DNA of 64,000 nt from the NCBI GenBank assembly GCA_039588275.1, contig JBDHAC010000006.1:1-64000 (forward strand). Reading direction: 5' to 3'. Made by a program: the position numbers and the translations under genes. Positions 49,071 through 58,905 of this stretch are shown in pieces (position 1 is the first letter of the stretch; each line of letters opens with the position of its first letter). This DNA is from Gemmatimonadota bacterium. GTDB taxonomy: Bacteria > Gemmatimonadota > Gemmatimonadetes > Palauibacterales > Palauibacteraceae. Below the pieces are notes generated by a model. It saw only the letters and a list, made by a program, of their open reading frames with translations. It searched no databases and was not told where the DNA came from.

Positions 49071-50090
49071 TCACCCCTGCTGAGGAGCGGGCGCGAAGCC
49101 CACCCCTGCCCGACGGCCCGGCTCGGCCTGGAGCCAGCAGCGCGCCCGAGCGCCTCCAGCATCCAGCAGAGCGGGCTCCTCCGCCTCACACCGCTCCCAT
49201 GCGTACGGACAGCGCGGGTGGAATCGGCACGCCGCCGGCCACCGCGTCGCGCTCGGGACACGGCCGGGTATCACGACCAGTCTTTCGGACGGGGCGTCGA
49301 TCGAAGGCACGGCTCGAAGGAGACCCTCGGTATAGGGGTGAGCGGGGTTGCGGAACAGCTCCGCGGTGGACGCCTCCTCCACGATCTGCCCGGCATACAT
49401 GACGCCCACGCGGTCCGCCACCTGCGAGACGACGGCCAGGTCATGCGAGATCAGCAGGAGGGCCATCCCGGTCTCGCGCCGCAGGGAATCGAGCAACTCG
49501 AGGATCTGGGCCTGGATCGTGACATCCAGCGCCGTGGTCGGCTCGTCCGCGATGAGGAGTGAGGGTCCGCAGGCGATCGCCATCGCGATCATGATCCGCT
49601 GACGCATCCCACCGGAAAGCTCGTGTGGATAAGCGCGCCGGGCGCGCTCGGGGTCGGGCAGGCCCACCCGCTCGAGCTGCTGCAGGACCTCGGCGCGCAG
49701 GTTGGCGCGCCCCGTCTGTCGGTGGGCGCGCACCGCCTCGGCGATCTGGTTTCCGACGCGATACACCGGGTTCAGCGAAGTCATCGGCTCCTGGAAGATC
49801 ATCGCGATCTCGGCGCCGCGTACCTGTCGCAGCCTCGCGCCCGGCGCTCCGACCAGCTCCTCTCCCCGGAGCCGAATGCTCGAGCCGGGAAGCGTGCGGG
49901 AAGGCGGGGAGGGAACGAGACCGAGGATCGACAGGGCCGTGATCGACTTGCCGCACCCCGACTCGCCCACGAGCCCCAGCGTCTCGCCCGGCTGGATGTC
50001 GAGCGAGACTCCGTCCACCGCGCGCGACTCGCCCGCATCGGTGTCGAAGTACACCCGCAGATCGTCGACCCGAAGCAGGGCGTCGCTCAC
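49071..50090 (-). CDS. Peptide ABC transporter ATP-binding protein (OppD/DppD-like)
   Basis: GESGCGKS, LSGGMRQR, CRFHPRC. Confidence 0.95.
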   Translation of the reverse strand: MSDALLRVDDLRVYFDTDAGESRAVDGVSLDIQPGETLGLVGESGCGKSITALSILGLVPSPPSRTLPGSSIRLRGEELVGAPGARLRQVRGAEIAMIFQEPMTSLNPVYRVGNQIAEAVRAHRQTGRANLRAEVLQQLERVGLPDPERARRAYPHELSGGMRQRIMIAMAIACGPSLLIADEPTTALDVTIQAQILELLDSLRRETGMALLLISHDLAVVSQVADRVGVMYAGQIVEEASTAELFRNPAHPYTEGLLRAVPSIDAPSERLVVIPGRVPSATRWPAACRFHPRCPYAWERCEAEEPALLDAGGARARCWLQAEPGRRAGVGFAPAPQQG

Positions 50091-51205
50091 GAATCCGTCC
50101 CCACGATCGTTCTCGGGTCGAGCGCGTCCCGGAGGCCGTCCCCGATCAGGTTGAAGCTCATCACCGTGAGCACGATCGCGAGGCCGGGGAAGAGGGTGAT
50201 CCACCACGCGTCCAGCATGACGTCCCGGCCCGCCGCCACCATGCCTCCCCAGCTCGGTGCGGGCGGCGGCACGCCCAGCCCCAGGAAGCTGAGCGCGGCT
50301 TCGGCCAGAATCGTGTTCCCGATGCCCAGCGTGGCCGCCACGATGATCGGGCTTACTACGTTGGGCATGATGTGGCGGAACAGGATGCGCGACCGCCCGA
50401 AGCCCAGTGCCCGTGCCGCCACGACGTACTCACGCTCGCGCACCGAGAGCACTTCCCCACGCACGACGCGCGAGGTACCCATCCACCCCGTCAGACCGAG
50501 AACGATCGTGATGATCAGGATGGATGGCTCGATGAGCGCCACGACGGTGATCAACAGGACGAGCCGGGGGAAGCTCAACAACATGTCCACGACCCGCATC
50601 GACGCGGCATCCACCCACCCGCGAGCGTATCCCGCCACGGAGCCGACCACGGAGCCGAGCGTGATCGCGATCGCCACCGCCAGGAACCCGATCAGCAGGC
50701 TGATACGGCCGCCGTACAGCACCCGGCTGAATACGTCGCGGCCAAAGCGGTCCGTGCCCATGGGGTGCGTCAGCGTGGGTCCCTGGAAGCGGGTGGCGAC
50801 GATGTCCGTACCTTGCTGCGCCGGATCGAACGGCGCGAGGTACGGCGTGAGCAGCGCCATGGCCGCGAGCAGGGCGACGAGAGCCAATCCCAAGAGCGCC
50901 GGCCGGTGTCGGCGGAAGGCTCGCCACGCGACCGACCATTGTGACTCGCGGGCGTCTCCAGCCGGGCCGTCGCCGCCCTGACCGAGCCGCCAGGCGGCCA
51001 CCAGTCCTCCCGCGAGCGTCAGGAGCGCGAGCCACTCGTCGACCGCCCCACCCCGCAGGGTGGCGACGATGCGATCGAGACGGATGGCAGCCAGGGCCAG
51101 CAGTCCCACCCAAGCCGCGAGTGCAAGCATACCGCGGACCCGGCCTCGCGCCGCCAGCCGGGCGCCGGGCAGGAACAGATCGGGTGCCGACCCGCCCCTA
51201 TTCAT
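50087..51205 (-). CDS. Peptide ABC transporter permease (OppC-like)
   Basis: HPMGTDRFGRD, EAALSFLGLG. Confidence 0.95.
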   Translation of the reverse strand: MNRGGSAPDLFLPGARLAARGRVRGMLALAAWVGLLALAAIRLDRIVATLRGGAVDEWLALLTLAGGLVAAWRLGQGGDGPAGDARESQWSVAWRAFRRHRPALLGLALVALLAAMALLTPYLAPFDPAQQGTDIVATRFQGPTLTHPMGTDRFGRDVFSRVLYGGRISLLIGFLAVAIAITLGSVVGSVAGYARGWVDAASMRVVDMLLSFPRLVLLITVVALIEPSILIITIVLGLTGWMGTSRVVRGEVLSVREREYVVAARALGFGRSRILFRHIMPNVVSPIIVAATLGIGNTILAEAALSFLGLGVPPPAPSWGGMVAAGRDVMLDAWWITLFPGLAIVLTVMSFNLIGDGLRDALDPRTIVGTDS

Positions 51206-52175
51206 AGCGAATGCGCGGGTCCACGACCGCGTACAGCAGGTCGGCCACCAGGTTGCCGGCGATCACCAGCGCGGCGAACAGGAAGCTCCCCGCCAGAACG
51301 ACCGGGTAGTCGCGGGCCAGGATCGCGTCGTGCATCAGGCGACCCATGCCGGGCCACGAGAACACCACCTCGATCACGACCGCGCCGCCGAACAGGATCG
51401 GCAGGAAGAGTCCCAGCAGGCTAACGACCGGGATGAGCGCGTTTCGGAGCGCGTGCACGAGGACCACGCGTCTCTCGCCGAGACCCTTCGCGCGCGCCGT
51501 GCGAATGTAGTCCTGCCCGATCACCTCCAGCATCGAGCCCCGCATGTACCGGGCGACCGCCGCCGCCGACGCGATCCCGAGCGCGATCGTCGGGAGGACC
51601 AGGTGTCGGGCCCGATCCGTGATCCGGCCTCCCAAGCCCAACGCGTCGTAATCCAGGCTCTGCATGCCCGAGATCGGTAGCCTCGCTCCATCGGGCACGA
51701 CGCTCGATGAGACGAGCAGGATCAGCATGAGACCGAGCCAGAAGCCGGGCATCGAGTAGATGAACAGCGCCGCGAAGGTGAGCGAATGATCCAGCGCCGA
51801 GTATTGGCGGATCGCCTGCACGATCCCCACCGCGCAGCCGAGAACGAAGATCAGCGCGAGCGACACTCCGCCGAGCAGAAGCGTGTTCGGGAGCGCATCC
51901 GCGAGCACGGCGGTCACGGGCCTGAACTGACTGAAGCTGTACCCGAAGTCCCCGGTCAGGAAGCTGCCGAGCCAGCGCACGTATTGCTCGTGCAACGGGC
52001 GATCCAGGCCGAAGTTCCGACGCATTTGCTCGATCACTTCGGGGCTGACGTTGGGGTTGAAGAACGCGGCGGTCGGATCTCCGGGGGCGAGGTGGAGGAG
52101 TACGAACAGGAGGGTCACGATCCCCCAAAGCAGCGGGATCGCGCCTATCAGCCGGCCGATGAAGTAGCGGAGCAG
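51198..52175 (-). CDS. Peptide ABC transporter permease (OppB-like)
   Basis: APGDP, DYIRTARAKG, HALRNA, DPRIR; start placed at CTG 52175. Confidence 0.93.
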   Translation of the reverse strand: MLRYFIGRLIGAIPLLWGIVTLLFVLLHLAPGDPTAAFFNPNVSPEVIEQMRRNFGLDRPLHEQYVRWLGSFLTGDFGYSFSQFRPVTAVLADALPNTLLLGGVSLALIFVLGCAVGIVQAIRQYSALDHSLTFAALFIYSMPGFWLGLMLILLVSSSVVPDGARLPISGMQSLDYDALGLGGRITDRARHLVLPTIALGIASAAAVARYMRGSMLEVIGQDYIRTARAKGLGERRVVLVHALRNALIPVVSLLGLFLPILFGGAVVIEVVFSWPGMGRLMHDAILARDYPVVLAGSFLFAALVIAGNLVADLLYAVVDPRIRYE

Positions 52176-52203
52176 CGAACCCCCTCAGTTCTTCAGTTGC
52201 CTG

Positions 52204-53874
52204 CTAAGGCTGGCGCGATGGGGCGGGGGCGCGGTGATCCGGGTGGACCCACCAGTCCCGTACGCTCGTGAGCTCGCCCCGGGCATCCAGCGCGAGCCCC
52301 TGTAGCTCCCGCCGCACTCCCACCGCGTCGGTGGTGAAGTACAGGAAGGTGAACGGCTGATCCCCCCGCACGATGCGATTGTACTGCCGGTAGAGCCGCA
52401 ATCGCGTCGGTCTGTCTCGAACGGTCGGGATCGAGTCGAGCACCGGATCGAGCTCCCGGTTGCAGTAGCTCGCGAACTGGAAGATCTCGCCCAGGTGGCT
52501 GCAAGCGAACAGCGGGCGGTCATCCACCTCGAAATCCGGGTCCCACGCCAACACGACCGCGTCGAATCGCCGTTCGGGACTCGTGAGAGCGGCGGCGAGC
52601 GCACCGGACTCCCGTGTCGTCGGGGTCGCATCCACTCCGATCGCACTCAGCTGACTCTGGACGATCACCGCGATGTCCTGGTTCACCTGCCGATCGTTCG
52701 TCGAGAGCTCGAAGCTGAGCTCGTTACCGGCGCGGTCGCGCACTCCGTCGCCGTTCGAGTCTGTCCAGCCCGAAGATTCCAGCAGCCCGGCGGCCCGCTC
52801 GGGATCGTATGGAAGAGGCGCCAGGTCGGCCTCGTGCGCCCAATGCCATGGCCCGATCGGACCGTTGGCGACGCGTCCCAGCCCGTTCCGCACAGCGCGT
52901 ACGAGGGCTGGCCGATCGATCGCCATCGTGAGCGCGCGCCGCACGGCCCGGCTACGAAAGATCGGCCGCTGCCCGTTCCACACGATGAACGTGTAGGAAC
53001 GGATGGGGAACGTCCTGACCTCCAGGTCGGCGTTCGCCTCGATCCGCTCTATCTGCGAGGGCGGCAGATCGCGCAGCATGTGGACCGAGCCCGTTCGCAG
53101 CTCGGCGAACAGCGTCGCCTCGTCCGGGACGGCCCGGTAGACGAGCCGGTCCAGGTAGGGTCTGCCTCCCAACGCGTTAGGGAAACCCTCGTTCGCTTCG
53201 AACACCCAGCGGTCACCGGGAAGCCGCTCGACGAACCGGAAGGGTCCGTTTCCGACGGGGGCCTCGGTCCCGAACGGGTCTCGCCCGAGCTCCTCCGGTG
53301 GAATCTCGCCCAGCAGGTGTGCCGGCATGATCGGAAGCTGCGTCCACCCGTACAGGAAACCGGCGTGCGGACGCAGCACGAAGCGAATGTTGTACGGACC
53401 GAGGATCTCGGCCCCTTCCCATTGATCGAACCACTCGCGGTTCGGGAAGGCGGTGCTGGGCTCCTTGAGGCGCTCGAAGGTGAACGCCACATCGCGGGCC
53501 GTCGTGGAAACGCCGTCGTGCCATCGTACGTCGTTTCGGAGGTGAAACACGACCTGGGTGCTGTCCTGGTTCAGCTCCCAGGACTCGGCGAGGTAGGGCT
53601 CCTCCTGCATGTCGGCGTCGTGACGGAGGAGCGTCATGAGGAGCACGTGCTTCTGGAACTCCGCGGCGAGCTGCCCGGTAGTGGCGGCGGGGTTCATGGT
53701 CACGACGTCCGCGACCCCGCCCACGACCGCCGTGCCGCCGAATCGCTCCGACTCGGCCACGGGCGGCAACGGGGGAACCTCGGGTGGTTCCGCCCGGTCA
53801 CCGCACCCCGAGCCCAGCAGGGTGAGCCACACGCAGAGCGTGCAGGAACGTAGCGGCGCCCACGCGTCCCTCAT
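52204..53874 (-). CDS. ABC transporter family-5 substrate-binding lipoprotein
   Basis: GGAGG RBS, LGSGC lipobox, LAESW, WHDG, PVGNGPF. Confidence 0.93.
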   Translation of the reverse strand: MRDAWAPLRSCTLCVWLTLLGSGCGDRAEPPEVPPLPPVAESERFGGTAVVGGVADVVTMNPAATTGQLAAEFQKHVLLMTLLRHDADMQEEPYLAESWELNQDSTQVVFHLRNDVRWHDGVSTTARDVAFTFERLKEPSTAFPNREWFDQWEGAEILGPYNIRFVLRPHAGFLYGWTQLPIMPAHLLGEIPPEELGRDPFGTEAPVGNGPFRFVERLPGDRWVFEANEGFPNALGGRPYLDRLVYRAVPDEATLFAELRTGSVHMLRDLPPSQIERIEANADLEVRTFPIRSYTFIVWNGQRPIFRSRAVRRALTMAIDRPALVRAVRNGLGRVANGPIGPWHWAHEADLAPLPYDPERAAGLLESSGWTDSNGDGVRDRAGNELSFELSTNDRQVNQDIAVIVQSQLSAIGVDATPTTRESGALAAALTSPERRFDAVVLAWDPDFEVDDRPLFACSHLGEIFQFASYCNRELDPVLDSIPTVRDRPTRLRLYRQYNRIVRGDQPFTFLYFTTDAVGVRRELQGLALDARGELTSVRDWWVHPDHRAPAPSRQP

Positions 53875-54024
53875 CGTCCTCCTCCTCCCGACCCCAACGT
53901 CGTCGAAATGACGCCTCACGACGCCCCGCATATGCCTCATACAATATGCTCTCCCGACCGCGGCGCGTATATGCCCCGGGGAACGCGGAGCACCGGAGGG
54001 TGCACTCGCTAACCGAGCACCTGC

Positions 54025-55668
54025 TCAGGGAGGCGAGCTCCAGCGCCAGCGTGGGAGCGTCACCAGCTCGCCCCTCGCGTCCATCTCGACCCCGTCCAGC
54101 TCCTTCCGCACCCCTGCCAGCTCGTCGTTCCAGAACAAGAGCGTGATCGGCTGGTCCGCTTGCACGATCTCCGCGAAGCGGCGCCAGATGGAGATGGCCT
54201 CGGCGGCGTCGAGCGTGCGCGCGCCCAGATCCATGAGACTGTCCGCAGCGGGATTCGAGTACGAGCTCCGGTTCGCGCTTCCCTCCACGGCCAGCTGGCT
54301 GGAGTGGAACAGGGGGCGCGGGTCGACACGGAAGTTGTCCAGGACCCAGTTGGTGAGCACGGCGTCGAAGTCGCGGGCGCGGTGCAAACCGAGGACGGTC
54401 TGCCACTCCAGGAGGCGCGCTTCGACCTCGACGCCGATCCGGGCGAGCTGAGCCTGTACCACCTGCAGGAGATCTCCGAACACCGGGTTTCGCTGGCTCG
54501 CCAGCAACTGGAAGCGCAGCGGCCGGCCGGCGCGCTCACGCACGCCATCGCCGTCTGCATCGCGCCAGCCGAGGCCCTCGAAGATGGCCGCGGCGGAGTC
54601 TGGAGCGTACGGGAGAGGCTCCAGGGAGGGCGCGTACGGGTGCCATGGCGGGATCACGCTGCTCGCCGGCTGACCGAGCCCCCGCAGGATCGCGTCGAGT
54701 AGCTCCTCGCGGTCGATCGCCATCGCGAGCGCGCGACGTGCCTCCGGCTCGCGGAACGGCTCACGAAGCGTGTTCCATCCGATGTACGTGAACTGGCGCC
54801 ACGGGAAGGAGAGGAGCTCGACACCGGAGGCTTCGCGAACGCGCTCGGCATCTTGCGGCGCCAGCGGACCATCCACGTGAATATCTCCTCGCAGGAGCTC
54901 CGCCAGCCGTGTGGTCCGCTCGGGCAGGAAGCGGTAGACCACCCGCTCGATCTCGGCGGGCCCACCCAGCGACGCCGGGAAGCGGGGGACGCGCTCCAGA
55001 GAGAGCGCCTGGCCCACATCCCAGCGCACGAAACGATACGGACCGCTCCCCAACGGGGCGCGCCCGAACGGATCGCGCGCGAGATCCTCGGGAGGGACCG
55101 ACTCGAGCAGGTGCTTCGGCACGGGTGGCCAGAAGAAATCCTCCAGCGGCTCTGCGTGCGGTGCCGTGAAGGTGAAGCGGATCCGATGCGAATCGAGCAC
55201 CGTCGCGGTCTCGACGTTCGACAGATACGCCGCCCCGAGCGGCGAGGCGACAGCGGGGTTCTTGGCGAGATCGAAGGTGAACTTCACGTCCTCGGCCGTG
55301 ACCGGCGGGCCGTCGTGCCAGGTCAAGTCGCGGCGGAGCTCGAACGTGACGTTCGTTTCCGAGAGCGTCCACCTCTCCGCCAGCCATGGTCGCACGTTGA
55401 ACGAGGCGTCGTAGGTGACGAGCGGCGTGAACAGCAGCGAATAGATGAGGTCGTTGGCGTTCTGATCCGTGCTCACGACCGGGTTCAGCGTCTGCAGCTC
55501 CGCGGCGTACCCGAGCACGAGAGATGTCGGCCGCGTCGCACCCGAGTTGCCGGCATCGCCGCAGGCGAAGAGCGCGATCGGCGCGAACAGGAACGTCGCC
55601 GCGCGCCGCGCGCGGAGTAGGGATGCTGACCGCCTGCTGGGCTCCAGGTGCCCCGAAGTGTCGCTCAC
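54025..55668 (-). CDS. ABC transporter family-5 substrate-binding lipoprotein (second copy)
   Basis: LFAC lipobox, WHDG..VTAEDV, GSGPY. Confidence 0.93.
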   Translation of the reverse strand: MSDTSGHLEPSRRSASLLRARRAATFLFAPIALFACGDAGNSGATRPTSLVLGYAAELQTLNPVVSTDQNANDLIYSLLFTPLVTYDASFNVRPWLAERWTLSETNVTFELRRDLTWHDGPPVTAEDVKFTFDLAKNPAVASPLGAAYLSNVETATVLDSHRIRFTFTAPHAEPLEDFFWPPVPKHLLESVPPEDLARDPFGRAPLGSGPYRFVRWDVGQALSLERVPRFPASLGGPAEIERVVYRFLPERTTRLAELLRGDIHVDGPLAPQDAERVREASGVELLSFPWRQFTYIGWNTLREPFREPEARRALAMAIDREELLDAILRGLGQPASSVIPPWHPYAPSLEPLPYAPDSAAAIFEGLGWRDADGDGVRERAGRPLRFQLLASQRNPVFGDLLQVVQAQLARIGVEVEARLLEWQTVLGLHRARDFDAVLTNWVLDNFRVDPRPLFHSSQLAVEGSANRSSYSNPAADSLMDLGARTLDAAEAISIWRRFAEIVQADQPITLLFWNDELAGVRKELDGVEMDARGELVTLPRWRWSSPP

Positions 55669-55712
55669 CGGCCGAACGTACGGACCCCGGATCGCGGGAG
55701 AAAGCAGCGAGG

Positions 55713-56669
55713 TTACCGGCGCCAGGTCCACTCCGGCGTCCGGTACTTGTCCGCGACCAGCCTGCGGGCTTCCGCCTCGAGCGCGCGGTCGTGCACCGCG
55801 TCGAGCGCAGCCCGCTCCGGTCGGCAACCGAACTCTTCGCTGAAGGCGTCCGTGAGCGTCCGGACGAGATCGACGGGTGCCGGCAGCCCGCGCACCAGCT
55901 CCGAAAGCCCGATCGCGGCCCGCTCCGCGCGATCGGCATCCCGGGCGTGAAGGTCTCCCCGTCCCTGCTCGTTCAGCAGCAGGATCGACCCATGTTGGAG
56001 AAGGGCGCCTCCGTGCCTCCATTGGGCGCTCCCCACGAGCTTGCGGCCCCGCGCGGTGACCTCACCGGGTGCCGGCGCCTGGAAGCAGGGCTGCGGTCCG
56101 AGGGCTCCGTGGGACGCGTTTCCCGGGCGAGGTCCGCGGAGGGGCGAGCCGCGGGCCCGGCCCTCCGACGCGAAACCCGGCTCTACATCGAAGGCAGGGT
56201 CATCGAAACCGGGGTGTGGGTCGAGCGCTGCGCCGAGCGAGGTGAGTCCGCGGCGGAGGGCCCGGTTGATCCGCTGGTACAGCCTGCGGGGGCCGCCCCA
56301 TAGCCGGTCGGGAACCGTCACGCTGTAGGTCAGCTCACGGCTGTGGTACACGGAGCGTCCACCGGTCGGGCGCCGTACCACCGTTTCCCCAGCCTGAAGC
56401 TCTTCACGCAACCTGCCCTGGACGCGGTCCGGTGTCGATTGGTTGCGGCCGAGAGACAGACAGCCCGGTTCCCACGCGTAGAAGCGCAGCGTCGCCGCAC
56501 CGGCGCGCGCGCCGGCCATCAGCGCTTCATCCACCGCCATGTTCCAGGCTCCGTCGCCCGGTCCGTCGATGCGAAGGTCGAAGCGCGTGGGAACCGCGGC
56601 GGGATCGGTGAGTGTGCGGTGCGTGGGTCGACCGTGTGTCGCGGCTAGTCGCCGTCCGGGAAGCTCCAC
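55713..56669 (-). CDS. Lipoate-protein ligase/octanoyltransferase (LipM/LplA family)
   Basis: WNMAVDEAL, RRPTGGRSVYH, RKLVGSAQ, LQHGSI; start uncertain. Confidence 0.92.
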   Translation of the reverse strand: MELPGRRLAATHGRPTHRTLTDPAAVPTRFDLRIDGPGDGAWNMAVDEALMAGARAGAATLRFYAWEPGCLSLGRNQSTPDRVQGRLREELQAGETVVRRPTGGRSVYHSRELTYSVTVPDRLWGGPRRLYQRINRALRRGLTSLGAALDPHPGFDDPAFDVEPGFASEGRARGSPLRGPRPGNASHGALGPQPCFQAPAPGEVTARGRKLVGSAQWRHGGALLQHGSILLLNEQGRGDLHARDADRAERAAIGLSELVRGLPAPVDLVRTLTDAFSEEFGCRPERAALDAVHDRALEAEARRLVADKYRTPEWTWRR

Positions 56670-58129
56670 CGCACGTCCAGGTGACGGCCGGCACCCCCTT
56701 CGTCGAGACGGCGTACGGGGGTCTCGTGCGGCGCTTCGGTCACCAGCTCGGGGGTCTCGGCGGCCTCGCGCGCGATGGCCAGCAACGCGTCGGCGAACCG
56801 GTCCAGCTCTTCCTTCGTCTCGGTCTCCGTCGGCTCGGTCATGAGCGCCTCCGAGACCGTGAGCGGGAAGTAGACGGTGGGGGCATGGAAACCGTAGTCG
56901 AGGAGCCGCTTGGCCACATCCAGCGTCTTGACCCCGTATTCCTTCTTCAGGCGATCGCCCGTGTACACCGACTCGTGCATCCCGCGCCCGTAGGGCAGGG
57001 GGTAGGTGTCGACCAATCGTGCGCTCAGGTACGCGTTGTTGAGCACGGCCGCGTCGGCGGTGGCGCGGATCCCCTCGACACCCAGCATCCGGATGTAGGT
57101 GTAGGCGCGCACGAGCACGCCGAAGTTGCCGTTGAATCCGTGCACCTTCCCGATCGATTCCGGTGCGTCCCAGTCCCACGCGAAGCGGTCCTCGAGGCTC
57201 ACGACTCGCGGGATCGGGAGGAACTTCGTGAGGTGATCCTTGACCGCGACCGGTCCCGAGCCGGGTCCGCCGCCGCCATGCGGCGTGCTGAAGGTCTTGT
57301 GCAGGTTGAAGTGCACGATGTCGTAGCCCGTGTCGCCCGGGCGGGTGACGCCCATCATCGCGTTCAGGTTGGCGCCGTCCATGTACATCAACCCACCCGC
57401 CTCGTGCACGCGCCGACTGATCTCCTCCACCTCCGACTCGAAGCGGCCGAGCGTGTTGGGATTGGTGAGCATCATCCCGGCGGTCTCGTCGGACAGGGCG
57501 GCCGAAAGCGATTCCAGGTCCGTTCGCCCCGCGTCGTTGGAAGCGATCTCGACGACCTCGAATCCCGCCAGCGCGCAGGTGGCCGGGTTTGTCCCGTGCG
57601 CCGAGTCGGGGACCAGGACCTTGCGCCGCCCACCCTCGCCGTTGGCGCGGTGATACGCGCGCATCAGCATGACCCCCGTCATCTCGCCCTGTGCCCCCGC
57701 CGCGGGCTGTAGCGTCACGGCATCCATGCCGGAGATCTCGCGCAGGATCTCGGCGAGCTCGTACATGAGCCGCAGGGCGCCCTGCGTGGCCTCCGAAGGC
57801 GTCAGCGGGTGGAGACCCGCGAACAGGGGCAACCGGGCCGTCGCCTCGTTCACCTTCGGGTTGTACTTCATCGTGCACGAACCGAGCGGGTAGAGCGCCC
57901 GATCCACGTGGTGGTTCTTGAGCGAGAGCTCGGTGTAATGGCGCACCACCTCGTGCTCCGGGATCTCCGGCAGGCGCGGCGGCGTCGAGCGGAGCAGCTC
58001 GGGGGGCAACAGCTCCTCCAGGGGCCGCGTCGGGACATCCGGCGTAGGCACCGACGTGCCTCGTCGTCCGGCGCGAGATCTCTCGAACACGGTGGGCGTG
58101 TGCTCGCCCTTGAACGGGAATCGGCTCAT
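56645..58129 (-). CDS. gcvPB: Glycine dehydrogenase subunit 2
   Basis: LGSCTMKYN, NLHKTFSTPHGGGGPG. Confidence 0.97.
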   Translation of the reverse strand: MSRFPFKGEHTPTVFERSRAGRRGTSVPTPDVPTRPLEELLPPELLRSTPPRLPEIPEHEVVRHYTELSLKNHHVDRALYPLGSCTMKYNPKVNEATARLPLFAGLHPLTPSEATQGALRLMYELAEILREISGMDAVTLQPAAGAQGEMTGVMLMRAYHRANGEGGRRKVLVPDSAHGTNPATCALAGFEVVEIASNDAGRTDLESLSAALSDETAGMMLTNPNTLGRFESEVEEISRRVHEAGGLMYMDGANLNAMMGVTRPGDTGYDIVHFNLHKTFSTPHGGGGPGSGPVAVKDHLTKFLPIPRVVSLEDRFAWDWDAPESIGKVHGFNGNFGVLVRAYTYIRMLGVEGIRATADAAVLNNAYLSARLVDTYPLPYGRGMHESVYTGDRLKKEYGVKTLDVAKRLLDYGFHAPTVYFPLTVSEALMTEPTETETKEELDRFADALLAIAREAAETPELVTEAPHETPVRRLDEGGAGRHLDVRWSFPDGD

Positions 58130-58196
58130 CGCCGGGTGTCCGCGTCAGTGGCAGACCGCTCGAGAGCTCGGGCGGGCCGGCGGCGCATGGAGTGGC

Positions 58197-58889
58197 TCAA
58201 AACTCGTACGCTCCCCCCGCTGCGAGCGGGACGACCTCTGCGGTTGATCCCACGCGGCCTCGGAACGCCTCCGGATCCTGCTCGATCATATCGAAGGTGT
58301 CGTAATGGATCGGGATGACCACCTCCGGGCGGATCATCTCGACCGCCCGCGCCGCATCCTCCGGACCCATCGTGAAGTTGTCACCGATCGGCAGCAGAGC
58401 CACATCGACCTGCCCCGCGAGCAGCTGCATGTCCGTCATCAGCGCCGTGTCGCCGGCATGGTAGATGCGCTTTCCATCCACCGACAGGAGGATGCCCGCC
58501 GGCAAAGTCGTGTAGCCCTCCGCTCCCTCCGCATCGATCTTCCCGCCGTGCAGCGCGGCGGTCAGCTTCACCCGTCCGAAGGGGAAATCGAACCCGCCAC
58601 CGATGTGGAGCGGGTGGGCGTTTTCCACGCCACGCACAGATTGCGCGTAGCTCACGATCTCGAACGTGGCGATCAGCATGGCGCCCGTCGCCGAGAGCAG
58701 GTCCCACGCGTCCGCGACGTGATCGAAGTGCCCGTGCGTCAGGAGCAGATAGTCGAGTCGGTCGTGGAAGTGCTCCGGTCCGACGTCGGCTTTCGGATTC
58801 TCGCTCAGGAAGGGATCGATCAGCAGCCGCGTGCCGTCGGCGGCCGTGATCTCGGTGCATGCGTGCCCGTGGAAGATCAGTCTACCCAT
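58197..58889 (-). CDS. Metallo-beta-lactamase-fold metal-dependent hydrolase (UPF0173-like)
   Basis: THGHFDH, YHAGDT, LPIGDNFTMG, PIHY. Confidence 0.93.
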   Translation of the reverse strand: MGRLIFHGHACTEITAADGTRLLIDPFLSENPKADVGPEHFHDRLDYLLLTHGHFDHVADAWDLLSATGAMLIATFEIVSYAQSVRGVENAHPLHIGGGFDFPFGRVKLTAALHGGKIDAEGAEGYTTLPAGILLSVDGKRIYHAGDTALMTDMQLLAGQVDVALLPIGDNFTMGPEDAARAVEMIRPEVVIPIHYDTFDMIEQDPEAFRGRVGSTAEVVPLAAGGAYEF

Positions 58890-58905
58890 CTCTCATATCC
58901 TCCGG

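Noticed and set aside
55713..57878. 721-aa ORF as a fusion protein
   Set aside because: The upstream part is an off-frame overlap with gcvPB; only the last ~300 aa are the ligase
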